This document shows, one piece after another, positions 23,201 through 33,181 of a DNA stretch of 64,000 nucleotides. A program made the translations under genes and the position numbers. The first letter of the stretch is position 1; each line of letters begins with the position of its first letter. The notes beneath the pieces were generated by a model that worked only from the letters and a program-made list of their open reading frames with translations, did not search any database and was not told the DNA's origin. Origin of the DNA: Tubiluchus corallicola (lineage: Eukaryota > Animalia > Priapulida). The stretch is taken from NCBI GenBank assembly GCA_030141605.1, contig JAQGDQ010000031.1, positions 372,001-436,000 on the forward strand. The letters run 5' to 3'.

Positions 23201-24539
23201 ATGTTTATACAACTCCTTTTAGCACTGATGAAAAATGACACACTTCTTAATCAAAAGTATTTACTAACTTAAAATAGATTAGTCTAAATCACGAGGCTTG
23301 GTAATAACCTGCTTAACTCGCAGAGACTAAATAAATAGTTTAGTAGACAAAATCTTCGAGGAAGAATAACATTTTAATTGAAAGAGTAAAAATTAACCCC
23401 AACAAATCAATTCGATAGAGTAAAACAACTGTAATTGAACAATAATGTTAAAGAAATCTTCAAATAAAGAAAGAAGTTGCAACATTTCTAAATAGGAAAA
23501 CTAGTAGTAAGAAGAGCATACAGTGACTAATTACGCAATTTTCCTGCTTCCTGTTCTAAACTCTACACAGATTATGCACATTACTTCCCAAAAATTTTTA
23601 GGGACAATAGTTGTTTTTCCTGCTTTTTTGCATGCACTTATATTGTACTAAGCTTAAGTAAGAAAGCAGTGCAACCTAATATGGTTTTTAAATATCACTT
23701 TCTATTTTTATTGATCTGTAAATAACAAAATCCATTATTAATTAACGTAAGTTTACATCTGTATCAGCAGTGTGTTTCTGTTTCCCCAACAACGAATCAA
23801 TATAACAACTGTATCACTACAGTACGCAATTCGTTGTTAGGGCTGAAAGACTCGCAGCACTATAGAGTAACTGGCAGCTGTATAGAGTAAGAACTACAGT
23901 AAATTAGGCTGACATGACACAGAATTTATGTTGCCACTCTGCGAGCTGAATTTTCGTGTAAATGTTTTCATGTATGATTAAGATATAGTTTTTAATGTGT
24001 GGTATATATAACAATTTACCACACAAGATAATGCTTTACATAATTAGCAGAATGTAAATGTGCACAGTGAATACACTGCAGTAGAAGGTAGTAACACTCC
24101 TCCTCATAACTGTAACGTAGCAAGGCATCCTATAAACATGTAAATGCAGCACAAGTTTAATAAAATTATGCTTTGCATTAAAAGCAGTAAAGAAGCTTTA
24201 GCCGCTCTGCTCTGAATGTTGCTGGCTCAACAAATAACAGGTGACATATTGCACTGTGAATTTGGGTTAGTTCATATTCAGTAGACAACTGAATAAAAAT
24301 ACACCAACCTTCTCTTTGTCAATTCCAACAGTTTTTTCATCAAAAGTTGCATCATGTTTGTCACCATTGGCATTGCAAGAAGTAGAGACCTCATTCAGTT
24401 GTTCGCCACAGGGAGAATCTTCTTCGGGATAAGTAAGAACTTGCTTTTCGCCATGTTTCCGTTTTCTTTGCTTGCGCTTTCTGCCATAATCAGCAACTGT
24501 GTTTGTTTCTTCATGGAACTGAATAACATCGGAATGCAT
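50..24539 (-). CDS. TRPM-family (melastatin-like) cation channel, 5' part; 3' end (rest of S5, pore, S6, TRP box, C-terminus) lies beyond the left edge
   Basis: Phase-consistent GT-AG exons: 24309-24539, 22860-22978, 21606-22042, 20784-20911, 19670-19843, 18783-18980, 17444(or 17435)-17627, 16819-16987, 16428-16645, 7555-7659, 6185-6434, 4727-4840, 3587-3755, 3168-3362, 2143-2289, 1548-1676, 317-565 (about 1070 aa), plus a problematic small exon at 50-73/80. TRPM motifs: FRRRECIHF..WCFCG, W..TNAFGRIDF..AKYVR, PNLLISVNGGAKNF, AWIITGGTNVGVMKAVG, CIGIAPWG, LNMHHTHFLLVDNG, IPVVHVVLEGG, QGTGRAADIL, QLRLALTWNRSDVA, LFFWAVLLNR, FYTAPIT, WNRMDF, LGPKLVMIKRM. ATG at 24539 sits just after an acceptor, so an upstream exon is possible. 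Orthologue not assignable. Confidence 0.95.
207..341. repeat. 35-bp tandem repeat (about 4 copies) that duplicates the end and 5' splice site of a TRPM exon
   Basis: Unit gcttaccatgcgtttgataataaccagcttcaaaa at 241-275, 276-310, 311-341 and a variant at 207-240; on the minus strand each copy reads ...AAACGCATG/gtaagc-like. Confidence 0.95.
825..1517. mobile_element. MITE-like non-autonomous DNA element (hAT-like ends)
   Basis: TIRs tagggatgttaacga (825) and tcgtttaacatccata (ends 1517); many subterminal tatcg/cgata motifs; no convincing TSD. A related short remnant occurs near 48553-48845. Confidence 0.65.
2286..2905. repeat. 36-37-bp minisatellite abutting and copying a TRPM 3' splice site
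   Basis: Unit tgaaagagaacatgactttgccaaacaaagaagaatc; near-perfect 74-bp dimers at about 2350-2580 and more diverged 36-bp units out to about 2905. Confidence 0.92.
3864..4250. mobile_element. MITE family copy with ttcgaa-rich subterminal repeats
   Basis: Internal sequence (ttttgttctgcagtaaaa...gtttcaaacatttta.tgataaa...ataattttag.tt.gaatcgaattc) matches the reverse complement of 27403-27776. Confidence 0.7.
5708..6134. repeat. Interstitial degenerate (TTAGGG)n array inside a small, partly duplicated element
   Basis: ttaggg/ttagag/gttggg runs at about 5754-5800 and 5862-6075; tacaattccc (5708) is inverted relative to gggaattgta (5815, 6086); 50-bp direct repeat at 5814-5863 and 6085-6134. 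Confidence 0.8.
7727..7794. repeat. 68-nt near-perfect palindrome/hairpin
   Basis: ggcttttattcaggcacagcatctgtaacgtttc pairs with gaaatgtggcagatgtcgtgtctgaataaaaacc with only three mismatches if G-U is allowed. Confidence 0.85.
8306..14894 (+). CDS. 2-oxoglutarate/Fe(II)-dependent oxygenase, isopenicillin-N-synthase-like (DIOX_N + 2OG-FeII_Oxy), 308 aa, nested in a TRPM intron
   Basis: Eight GT-AG exons: 8306-8455, 9008-9120, 9614-9674, 10651-10767, 12241-12346, 12769-12860, 13958-14068, 14718-14894; total 927 nt, open frame ATG to TAA. Motifs: IPIID..AFTTVGFAYLINHGI, FFDLPLEVKSKY, RCSEHTDWGTITLLFQDNSGGLQ (HxD), AVIVNVGDLLQHWT, KHRV (distal His), RQSIAYFVNP (RxS). Confidence 0.96.
9739..9820. 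repeat. (GAT)n microsatellite
   Basis: Imperfect gatgatgat run in oxygenase intron 3. Confidence 0.95.
9918..10440. repeat. 40-bp minisatellite, about 13 copies
   Basis: Unit caaactcagaactt[c/t]acaaatgcaacatg[a/g]tcccatcatt repeated head-to-tail with few substitutions. Confidence 0.97.
11512..12177 (-). mobile_element. PIF/Harbinger-like deletion derivative carrying a degenerate Myb/SANT-like (trihelix) ORF
   Basis: TIRs tatggcttttacatgaa and ttcaggtaaaagccata (16/17 match). Internal minus ORF 11740-11976, IFLDILQDLDVANVLDSRTQRNQKLFAEVADWHREIGIEKNVATVSHKMEK, fits the LD..RN..LF..IA..L.E.G..R...C..K pattern of Harbinger accessory DNA-binding proteins. Confidence 0.7.
12940..13015 (+). mobile_element. 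Degenerate tRNA-derived SINE head or tRNA relic
   Basis: A-box-like taacttagtgg and B-box-like ggatcaagtcc at tRNA-like spacing; cloverleaf not intact. Confidence 0.35.
14166..14317. repeat. (CT)n/(CCCT)n polypyrimidine microsatellite
   Basis: Direct inspection; lies in oxygenase intron 7. Confidence 0.97.
15465..16050 (-). mobile_element. Degenerate RTE-like LINE 3' fragment
   Basis: Minus-strand remnants KSLGSLLSTEADI..R..LA, LYNSELWT, KRRLRKIGHVNRLP with frameshifts; ends in a (GAT)n tail (catcatcat at about 15465). Confidence 0.7.
17747..18243. mobile_element. hAT (Charlie-like) MITE
   Basis: Ends catgggttcccaacctt and aagattggaaaccactg; flanks ggatagaa and ggatatag match 6/8, consistent with an eroded 8-bp TSD. 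Confidence 0.7.
19973..20594. mobile_element. hAT (Tip100-like) MITE
   Basis: TIRs cagaggcgtag and ctacgccactg, GC-rich subterminal gccccggg motifs; flanks ctccaatc and cgctaatc match 6/8. Confidence 0.72.
22235..22685. mobile_element. Old hAT-like MITE remnant
   Basis: Subterminal ggtgcccc motifs near both ends; termini heavily eroded. Confidence 0.35.
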
Positions 24540-25784
24540 CACCTATATATACACTACTCTAATCAATTTTCAATCAACAAATCATCAAAAATGTTGACGT
24601 CTTACAAGAGAAAAATGCGTGAAACTGTGACAAACCAGACCATGCTCTTATTTCTTTCCAAGTATAAAATAATAAGAAACAGTCACCAAAATAAGATATG
24701 AGTTCACTGAATCACAAGTTAGGATGCAAACCTTGATGGCTTGCCTCATGAAAGTGTACTTGCATTTGCACCTAAATTCTGGACAATAAAGAATTGTGAT
24801 TTGCAACGACCTGTTCCCTATGTTATTACACTCACTATGTGAATGACTATTACACTGATGTTATGATGTTACAATAATTTGTTAAAAAGATGTCGGTAAA
24901 TAATACAGTACCAAAGCGATAAGTACAGCTCAGACAACTTTCACTTAATAATGTAACTATTCTGTGGTTTATCTCTCAGAAAAAATGGTATTTTTTCTGT
25001 TCTTTTTTCTGCCACAATTATTCTCTGAAATTTCTCTTCAAAGGATTTTTTCAGTTTTAGTCAAACACAATGACAGGATAGTGAAAAATTGAGTCACCTA
25101 GCGAGACTCAGAGACAAGCGTACTGCAATAAATATAGTACTAGTGTTACATGTATTGGCAAGAAAGTTGTGCAAAAAACTGTAAGCCCTCTAAAGGCCAC
25201 CGTCGAGAAATGCACCAGCATGGCATATCTCAAGGCACAGTGGTTGCTTCCTGCAGAGAGTAATACTTGGCACTCTGCCTAATTGCCTATTAAATATTCT
25301 GTTCTGTTTATAAATTATCTATTTTGTTTCTAACAGACTTCAAAGCCTAAGGGAAGTTCTGCACTAACAGATTTTATTAGTTTCTGACTGTGGAGTAGTG
25401 GAGGGTATAACAGGATACAACAGAGTATACTTAGATCCTGATCTTGGCAGTTTCAGTACATACATACCTAAAATACAGTATACTCACTTCCATTAAGTGT
25501 ACACACCCATATGCCCAAATAACAACAGTTTAAGATGTAATTACGCTTTGAAGTGTAATGTCTTTTACAGTTATAATTTCAAAATTTTTTCTATCGTTGT
25601 AATATGTTTCTAAAGTATATGGCAATATATGCAACAGGGTGAGAAAGCCTGTTTGTGGATTCTGTTATGAAATTTTGATAAATTGGTCTACAATTGCCAT
25701 ACATTAATACATGGGGACATTGACTGAGCTTATTCCATTGATGACACCCAGTATATATGTACTGGGTGTCATCAATGAAATAAG

Positions 25785-26044
<260 letters not shown>

Positions 26045-26689
26045 AAAAGACAAGTCTGCAGACTACAGGTGTTATAAATTGTGGTATTAATGTTTTTCTT
26101 GCGAGAATATACATGTATTTTACTGATGTTACTAAAATTTGCAAATTGCGGTGTTTATGTTCAAAAGTTTCCGCAGTTTAATAAGGCCAAGTCTTCTAAA
26201 TATTTAAATGATTTGACGTGTATAAAAATCCATGTCTAGCCACATTAGTTGTTCAGGAGGTAGGCATTGCTACCTCCCTCGACTTCCAATTCCCACTAAA
26301 TTAGTCGTTTTGAACAGTAACCCACATCCAATTTTAACACCAGAGTGCTGGTTTCTGATAACACAAATACGCTAGGCAACTAGAAAGGAAGAATGTGATA
26401 AGGGGCAAATCACTGACTTGACGTTATGACAGCTTTATTTAATTGTGTTCTACACCTCGTTTTTTAGCCTTTTCAAATTACGTGTACGTACTAGCTTATT
26501 CACAGAGCCATGGCTAGATCGGATATAGTAGCTAATGCTTGTGAGCACATTGTGAGATCGGCGATAACAAAACAGTTATCTACACATAAATAGTAAATGA
26601 TTTATTGTGGCATTCGTGGATAAGCCTAGGTATTTAAAAAAACACGCTCTGCCTCCAATCATGCCTCAAACGTATTAATATAGACCTCT

Positions 26690-27385
26690 AATGCATAAAT
26701 ATTTGTCCAGTTCATTTTTGAAACCGTCGATGTTTTGTAGTCCTACAATTTCTTCCAGTAGGAAATTCCATAAATCTATTTCAGCATTTGAAAAGTTGTG
26801 CTTAGAACGCTCGGTGTTAGCTCTGTACTGGTAAAGTTTGAATGAATGTTCTCTGGTGCAAGTGTGGCTTCAGGTGAAGAAAGTGTCAAGATTGATGTCG
26901 GTGAGTCCACATAAGATCGTGAGCATCTCAATCAGTCTACCATGTCGTCTACGAGAAGAGTCAAATGTGGTCCAAGATGTTGTAGTTTCTCAGTATGTGA
27001 TAGATTGCCTAGCTCTAGTATCATGTTGACTGCTCCCTCTTGTATTAGTTCATTTCCTTGTGTATGGGTCCCAAATTTGACTTACGTAGTCTAAGTGAGG
27101 CCTTATGATAGACATATAAAAAGGTAATATGACATGAGATGATCTTGAGGTGATCATTTTTGATATTAGTCTGAGAAGCTGATTGCCTTTCTTCACTTTG
27201 CTAACAATATTGGCATCAGTCTACTTCTTGATCAACTGCGGCAAAATAGCGTTGTTAAAGTAACACTGAAGATGACTGTTGTTACGTCCCACATGAATGA
27301 TTTTACACGTGTAGTCGGAAGTGTTAAATTCCATTTACCAAGATGTAGCACAGGCTGATATGGTATGTAAATACCATTTAATTTG
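26690..27385 (-). mobile_element. Degenerate CR1-like LINE 3' fragment
   Basis: Minus-strand remnants RPHLDYVSQIWDPY and WN.L.EEIVGLQNIDGFKNELDKYL, typical of the CR1 ORF2 C-terminus. Confidence 0.75.
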
Positions 27386-27402
27386 TTCTACTTGCTGCAT
27401 GC

Positions 27403-27776
27403 TAGGGGTGAGAGTCGAATGTTCGAATTAGAATCGAACGAGTTTTTTAGTTCGAATTCGATTCAAACCTAAAATTATAGATTTTATTAATTCTTTATTT
27501 CAACCACACACAACCTTTTTATCATTAAAATGTTTGAAACATCATACAACTGGCACAATTTTATTCTAATTTCTATGCACAAATTATAAGTGGTTTTACT
27601 GCAGAACAAAATCAACCAATATGCATGATCTTTGTAACACTGATTTGCACTGCTGTTTCGAAAACTTGCTCAAAAATCTTTCAAACTCAATTCAAATTCC
27701 ATTCAAATTTGGTATTCTGAAATTCGGTTCGATTCGAAAGTTACAAATTCTATTCGATTCGCTTTGCTTGCCCCTA
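27403..27776. mobile_element. MITE (tagggg...ccccta ends, ttcgaa subterminal repeats)
   Basis: Short TIRs; inverted homologue of 3864-4250. Confidence 0.72.
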
Positions 27777-28099
27777 CTGTACAGATCTTAATGCACAAGC
27801 TTCCCATGACTGAGTGTAACTTTTCTAATACGATAGTTTGCCATGTATTTTTCGGCTGGGCTGATTTAAATTTGGTCTAACTATACATATATATATATAT
27901 ATAGCCATGGACCATTTTAATTCAGCCTTAATCCTAAAAATAGAAGCGGTGGAGGCACATTCAACTTTCGGAGGGGGCCTTGCATGTTGTTAGATGTAGA
28001 ATTTGTGAGTGTACTTTGTAACTGCAGTATGTGTGCAATAAACATGAAGTGAATTGAACTGCAGCCTAGGATCGACAAACTTTTCTGGGTTGTGCTGCC

Positions 28100-28450
28100 A
28101 ATATCGATCTAATCAGGACTTAAACAGGGAAGGGTTAGCGGCATTGATTATATTTTCTGGTAATTTATTCCATTCGTCAACCAACCGCATTGAAAGAATC
28201 TAAGAATCTCTCGTTTTCTGCTCCATCTATTGGAGGCTGCTCTCTTCTTGATTTTGTGCCGATGACCGGTAAGTCTGAGATGGAAGCATTTTGCCAGTAT
28301 CAATGCGATCAAAACCTTTTAAGATGCAGAATATTTGGATCAAGTCTCTTACACCTGGATCACAGCACAAGGTTTATCCACCACTCACAGATTACCACCA
28401 AAATATAACTGCCTTTTTTATCGCATTCATTTAAGTAGTTTCCAAAGTGA
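28100..28450 (-). mobile_element. CR1-like LINE 3' remnant
   Basis: Minus strand reads RLVDEWNKLPENIINAANPSLFKS*LD. Confidence 0.6.
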
Positions 28451-28599
28451 ACAATGTCTTTGGGGCGTGTATTTAGAAAAAGCCACACTACTGAGTATAC
28501 ATTACTTTTTTGAAAAGATAGATTATATATGTTATGCTCATATTTTTGTCCAATATCTTACATTACCTTACCTTATGTTGTTTTGGCAAAGTAATCTTC

Positions 28600-29880
28600 T
28601 AGCTAAATCGTTTATATATGTTCGTATCTGTATCCTCAAAAGAGGCCTTGTAATTGTAGACCATCTCTTTCCCAGCCCAGCGCTTGTCCAACTTTCTCTT
28701 AAATACATCTATACTGGGTACGCATACAACATTGTTGGGTAAACTATTCCAAGGATCTACAATTTTGTGCGAAAAACGATGCAATCCTATACACTTATTA
28801 GATCTGAACTTGTATAACTTTAGTCGAATGGCCTCTGATGATCGATCTGGCCACCTGCGGATCTGAATTGCAACTGCTGACTGACAGCTTTAATATTTGT
28901 TAAGATCTTATAAGCTGCTATCATGTCACCTCTCAGTCTCCTATAAGTTGGTGTAAGCAATTTAAGAAACTTTAACCCGTCAGTATACGATAATTCTCTC
29001 AAGTCACAAAGCTTTTTTGTCGTATATCTTTGTACTTGCTCCAGCTGACCTATATATATTACCATAGATGGGTGCCATACTGAGCTTGAAACTCCAAATT
29101 GGGCCTTACAAGGACTTTGTACAGACAGATGAAAATACTATGAGTCATAGTGGTAAAAGATAGTTATTATCCCCGCCATCTTCTTAGCTTTGCTTATGTT
29201 TTCATGGATATGACGTTCAAATATGAGCAATCTATCAAGTAACTCCAATGTCTCCCTCGGACTCAACCCAGCGTATCCGGTAACTAATTTCATCTCTAAC
29301 CAGGGTGTAATCAGAAGTTGAATTATTTTCTTTCCTAGATGTTATATTCATCGCCTTACATTTGCCAGGATGAAAAGCTAACAACCAATCTTCACTCCAT
29401 TTAGTCATACTATGAAAATCTTCTTGAATGTTTTCCCTATCCTGCTGTGATTCAATTACATTAAACAGTTTTTTATCATCTGCAAACAGATGTAAACAGA
29501 TCATTGATGTAGATGAGAAATAATATTGGACGGCGACGCTGCCCTGCGGAATTCCACTATTTACATTTTGCCAGCTTGAGCCACATCCCTGCACCATGAC
29601 TTTTTGCTTTCTATTGCTCAAAAAATCTTTCCACGTAACTATACCTTCCTCAATGCCATATGCTCTCAACTTACACAATAGCCTTTCGTGGGCACTCTAT
29701 CAAATACTTTTTCAAAGTCCATTTACACAACATCCACGTTTTCTCCACAATCCAGTGCTTCAGTCCACATCTCCATTACCTGTAAGAGCTGTAGGCTTGT
29801 TGATCGTCCTGGCAAAAACCCATATTGCTTCTTACTAATAAAACTATTTATCAGCAGATACTCCAGAACGTGGTGTCTTC
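28600..29880 (-). mobile_element. CR1-like LINE, 5'-truncated, frameshifted reverse transcriptase fragment
   Basis: ORF-track pieces: KLRAYGI..DFLSNRKQKV, SGIPQGS, LFADD, WSEDWLLAFHPGKCK, YRRLRGDMI, FSHKIVDPWNSLP..FKRKLDK. Confidence 0.9.
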
Positions 29881-32038
29881 GTACAAAGGACAGGTAAAAC
29901 GCTAATGAAATTCGTTTTCTACTAATTTTGAGCTATTGTTATGACAATATTGACAAGCCTTTCATCCTTTTTTTATTTTTATTCTAAGATTTCAAATTTA
30001 CCTTCCAAATACTTTTATGGTATTTTTTATTTCTTCGCCATTATTAATAATCTTTCTTATCTGTTCTTTCACTATAAATCGTTTTTGAACCCAATATTCT
30101 TTTCATAAACCTTATGACACACAAAACACCATGGCCAGACACCATCTTTACTTTACCGCGTATTGATTGATTTGCTGGAATAGCGGAAGATCTTTCTCAT
30201 TGCTAGCAATGGTGATGGAAGAGGTGGAATAAAATTTTGTTTTATCTAGCTGAATATGACTGGTTAAGATCAATGTCAGCAGTAACTTGTAGATCAGCAG
30301 GTATCTATGTAATTTTGATAATGCAAACGTTCAGCAGTACTTCTGTGTGTTTTTGTGATTATATTTATACAAATTTAATTTCTTTAGTCTTGCTTAGCCT
30401 TGAATATAGCCTGGTTAGTACAGTAGTAGTATATTAGTAGTAATACAAAAAATAATACTATTGCTAATGTTCGTAGTTAGATACAATCTAGGTCAGATGT
30501 CAAAGAGAAACCAAATTGGCCTTGTGCACGATTTAGTTACGTCATCATTATAAATGTTATTCGCGAATTGCCTATGCTCGAGTACCATGGTACATTTCAT
30601 TTAGCATTATTTACTGCTTTGTTATAAATTACACTATTGGTTTTTTGTTATGTCCTTTAGATTTTTTATTTCTTCTTTCTTCAATTTACTTATAATATTT
30701 TTACTTATTGTAACATTTGCTCTTTCACCACATCCACAGTCTATCATTAATGCATCATTAGTTAAATTATAGGGGTGGTTAGGTTAGAAGACCATATGAT
30801 TTGTTAGCTGATACTGTATCTATAACTCTTTATTAAACTATACTGTACATAAGTTAATATTACTAACATGAAAGAGACAAATAAAAGAAATTGAATTAGA
30901 TTAAATAGGTCCTTATTATGTCCCTATAGGTCCTGTTTATGAAAATAACTTTGCACACAGCCGGTTTATGTAGTATTTAACGTGTATTGCTTTGCCAATG
31001 TACATTGTATGTATTTGTGCAAATAAAACTAAATTGAATTGAATATTTCTTTGAATAGGATATTATTGGATTCGGTAGTCTAAACTTTTGATTCAGACTG
31101 AGTAATTTTAGTATTAAACAAATTTTTCCACTTCAGTGAGATTATATCGTAGTACTTGCAGTAGCAAGAATTTTATTTATTGTCAAAACTCTACAAAAGA
31201 GTAGAAATAGCCATTTACAAAAGCTTTTTTCCGACAGGTTAAAGAGAATAAAACAAAAAAATCTAAAACAATGCACACAATATAATCAGGAATTCAGAAC
31301 ACATTTTACAGTTCACTATGGGGCTGCCAACTGTGGGCAGTAACACACCTTTTGTTGGAAATGCAGGCTGTACAATGTTGGTATATAGACACAGCATAAG
31401 AATTGCCTGACAAATTGGCTGCATAATGACTCCATGGTTCAGTAATTTTGTATCGGCCTTTCTCCCTTCTGGGAGGCAATTAGCTCTGACATGCAAACCT
31501 AATTTGTTTTTGTAAAGCTGTATCCAATTTCTGTTCTGTATCTCAAACTCTGGTCCTAACAGTTTTCTTACTTTTGGGGCTTGGTTATTTTATTTGTTTT
31601 CTGTGCATTTAAATCATACAGGTCACCAAGCATTACTTTCACTCGTTTTATAATTTACTTTTGTTTTAGCCATATTTAATCTCCACTCTGAGATGTCATA
31701 AACAGTCTTTTCTCTGCATTCTACAACACGGTTTGGTTTACCCCAATGTGCTGCTGTATTACATAGCCTATGAATTGCAACTGTGATTTAGTTTAGTTTC
31801 TATCAATGTCCAGTAATATCATTGGGGAAAATAAATTATCGAAACTGTGTTTGCAGTTCTTAGATAACTAGTGATAACAATATGAAATTTTAACTATTGA
31901 TAAGAAACTATTTTTTACATTTCTTTTGTTGTTTATGAAATAAGTGTAAACATTTTGTGCTGCTAAACTGAAAACAATCTGCTTTTATTTTTTTAGTTTA
32001 ATTAACTAGAAAAAGAAGCAAGGATATGTGCGACAGTT

Positions 32039-33181
32039 ATGGACTTTGCTTTTAACATAAATATCCTGTTTCCTGATCGTATTACAAGAATTACATCTGA
32101 GTCATTACGCCTTGGACATGGATCACGTTTTACTGCTGCTCATCTTGAACAAATATCGAAGGTTATTAATGCAATGGGAGAGGCGTCAGCAAAAGCACAG
32201 TGCCTTAAGACCTCCATAACAACTGCGAACAAACTCCGGTTGTCTGACCACCATCTGTATTTGTTGAAGGATGATAGTGGCAGCAAATTCAATGGACAAG
32301 TCATAGGTATACTGAAGGTTGGTCATAAAAATCTCTTTATTTTAGATCAGCTTGGTGTCCAACGTGAAGTTGCTCCTTTGTGTTTGCTAGACTTTTATGT
32401 TCACGAGTCTATTCAGAGGCAAGGTTGTGGAAAGAGGCTTTTTGATCACATGCTTTGCAAAGAGAAGGTACAAGTGCATCATCTTGCTATAGATAAGCCG
32501 TCCAATAAGCTGATTGCTTTTTTACAAAAGCATTATGGACTAAGCACCCAGATTCCGCAAGTTAACAACTTTGTCGTTTTTCAAGACTTTTTTAGTGGTC
32601 GCATACCATCTCCACGAGGGAGGGGGTTGATTTTGTACAATCAGACAAAAAATCATATTATTGAGAGATCACCGCCTTCAGCTAGTCATTCTCATAGGGA
32701 TTTTGAAGCTGTTCAAGCTGTGCCAATTTCTACTTCTTCTAGCCGAGATACATTAAGTAAAGATGTACACTTGAACAACACAATTTCTGCTAGTCATAAC
32801 CGTCAAAGTGCGGCCAGAGTAAATCGTTATAGTCGTTATGCCGAAACGTCTTCTTCGCCAACCATCTCACCACCGCTATCACAAAGTCCCAGTCCCAAAA
32901 ACTCACCTAGCAAAGCTCTCACCGAAAAAGAAGCACCAACGACTTCTCCGAGCCACATGGACCTTTGTAATAATAATGCTGAAACATACAATATTATAGG
33001 CCAGAAGGTAAATGCTAGCCCATGTAAGGGTCAACGTGGTGCCAAATTAACAGACTTGCCACAAGTGCATGTTGAACGGAGGTATGAAGACTTAAGTCAT
33101 GATTCATCATGGAAGATATTTGGACTTCCTGCTGGTGTGAAAAAAGAAGACAAATCTAGGAGGAGAACCTCCAACTTCTGA
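32039..33181 (+). CDS. ATAT1: Alpha-tubulin N-acetyltransferase 1 (MEC-17 family), 380 aa, single coding exon
   Basis: MDFAFNINILF, INAMGEASAKAQCL (catalytic Gln), GILKVGHKNLF, PLCLLDFYVHESIQRQGCGKRLF (acetyl-CoA loop), LAIDKPS, PQVNNFVVF; Ser/Pro-rich C-terminal tail. Acceptor-like ttttatttttttag ends about 40 nt upstream of the ATG, suggesting a 5'-UTR intron. Confidence 0.97.
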   Translation: MDFAFNINILFPDRITRITSESLRLGHGSRFTAAHLEQISKVINAMGEASAKAQCLKTSITTANKLRLSDHHLYLLKDDSGSKFNGQVIGILKVGHKNLFILDQLGVQREVAPLCLLDFYVHESIQRQGCGKRLFDHMLCKEKVQVHHLAIDKPSNKLIAFLQKHYGLSTQIPQVNNFVVFQDFFSGRIPSPRGRGLILYNQTKNHIIERSPPSASHSHRDFEAVQAVPISTSSSRDTLSKDVHLNNTISASHNRQSAARVNRYSRYAETSSSPTISPPLSQSPSPKNSPSKALTEKEAPTTSPSHMDLCNNNAETYNIIGQKVNASPCKGQRGAKLTDLPQVHVERRYEDLSHDSSWKIFGLPAGVKKEDKSRRRTSNF

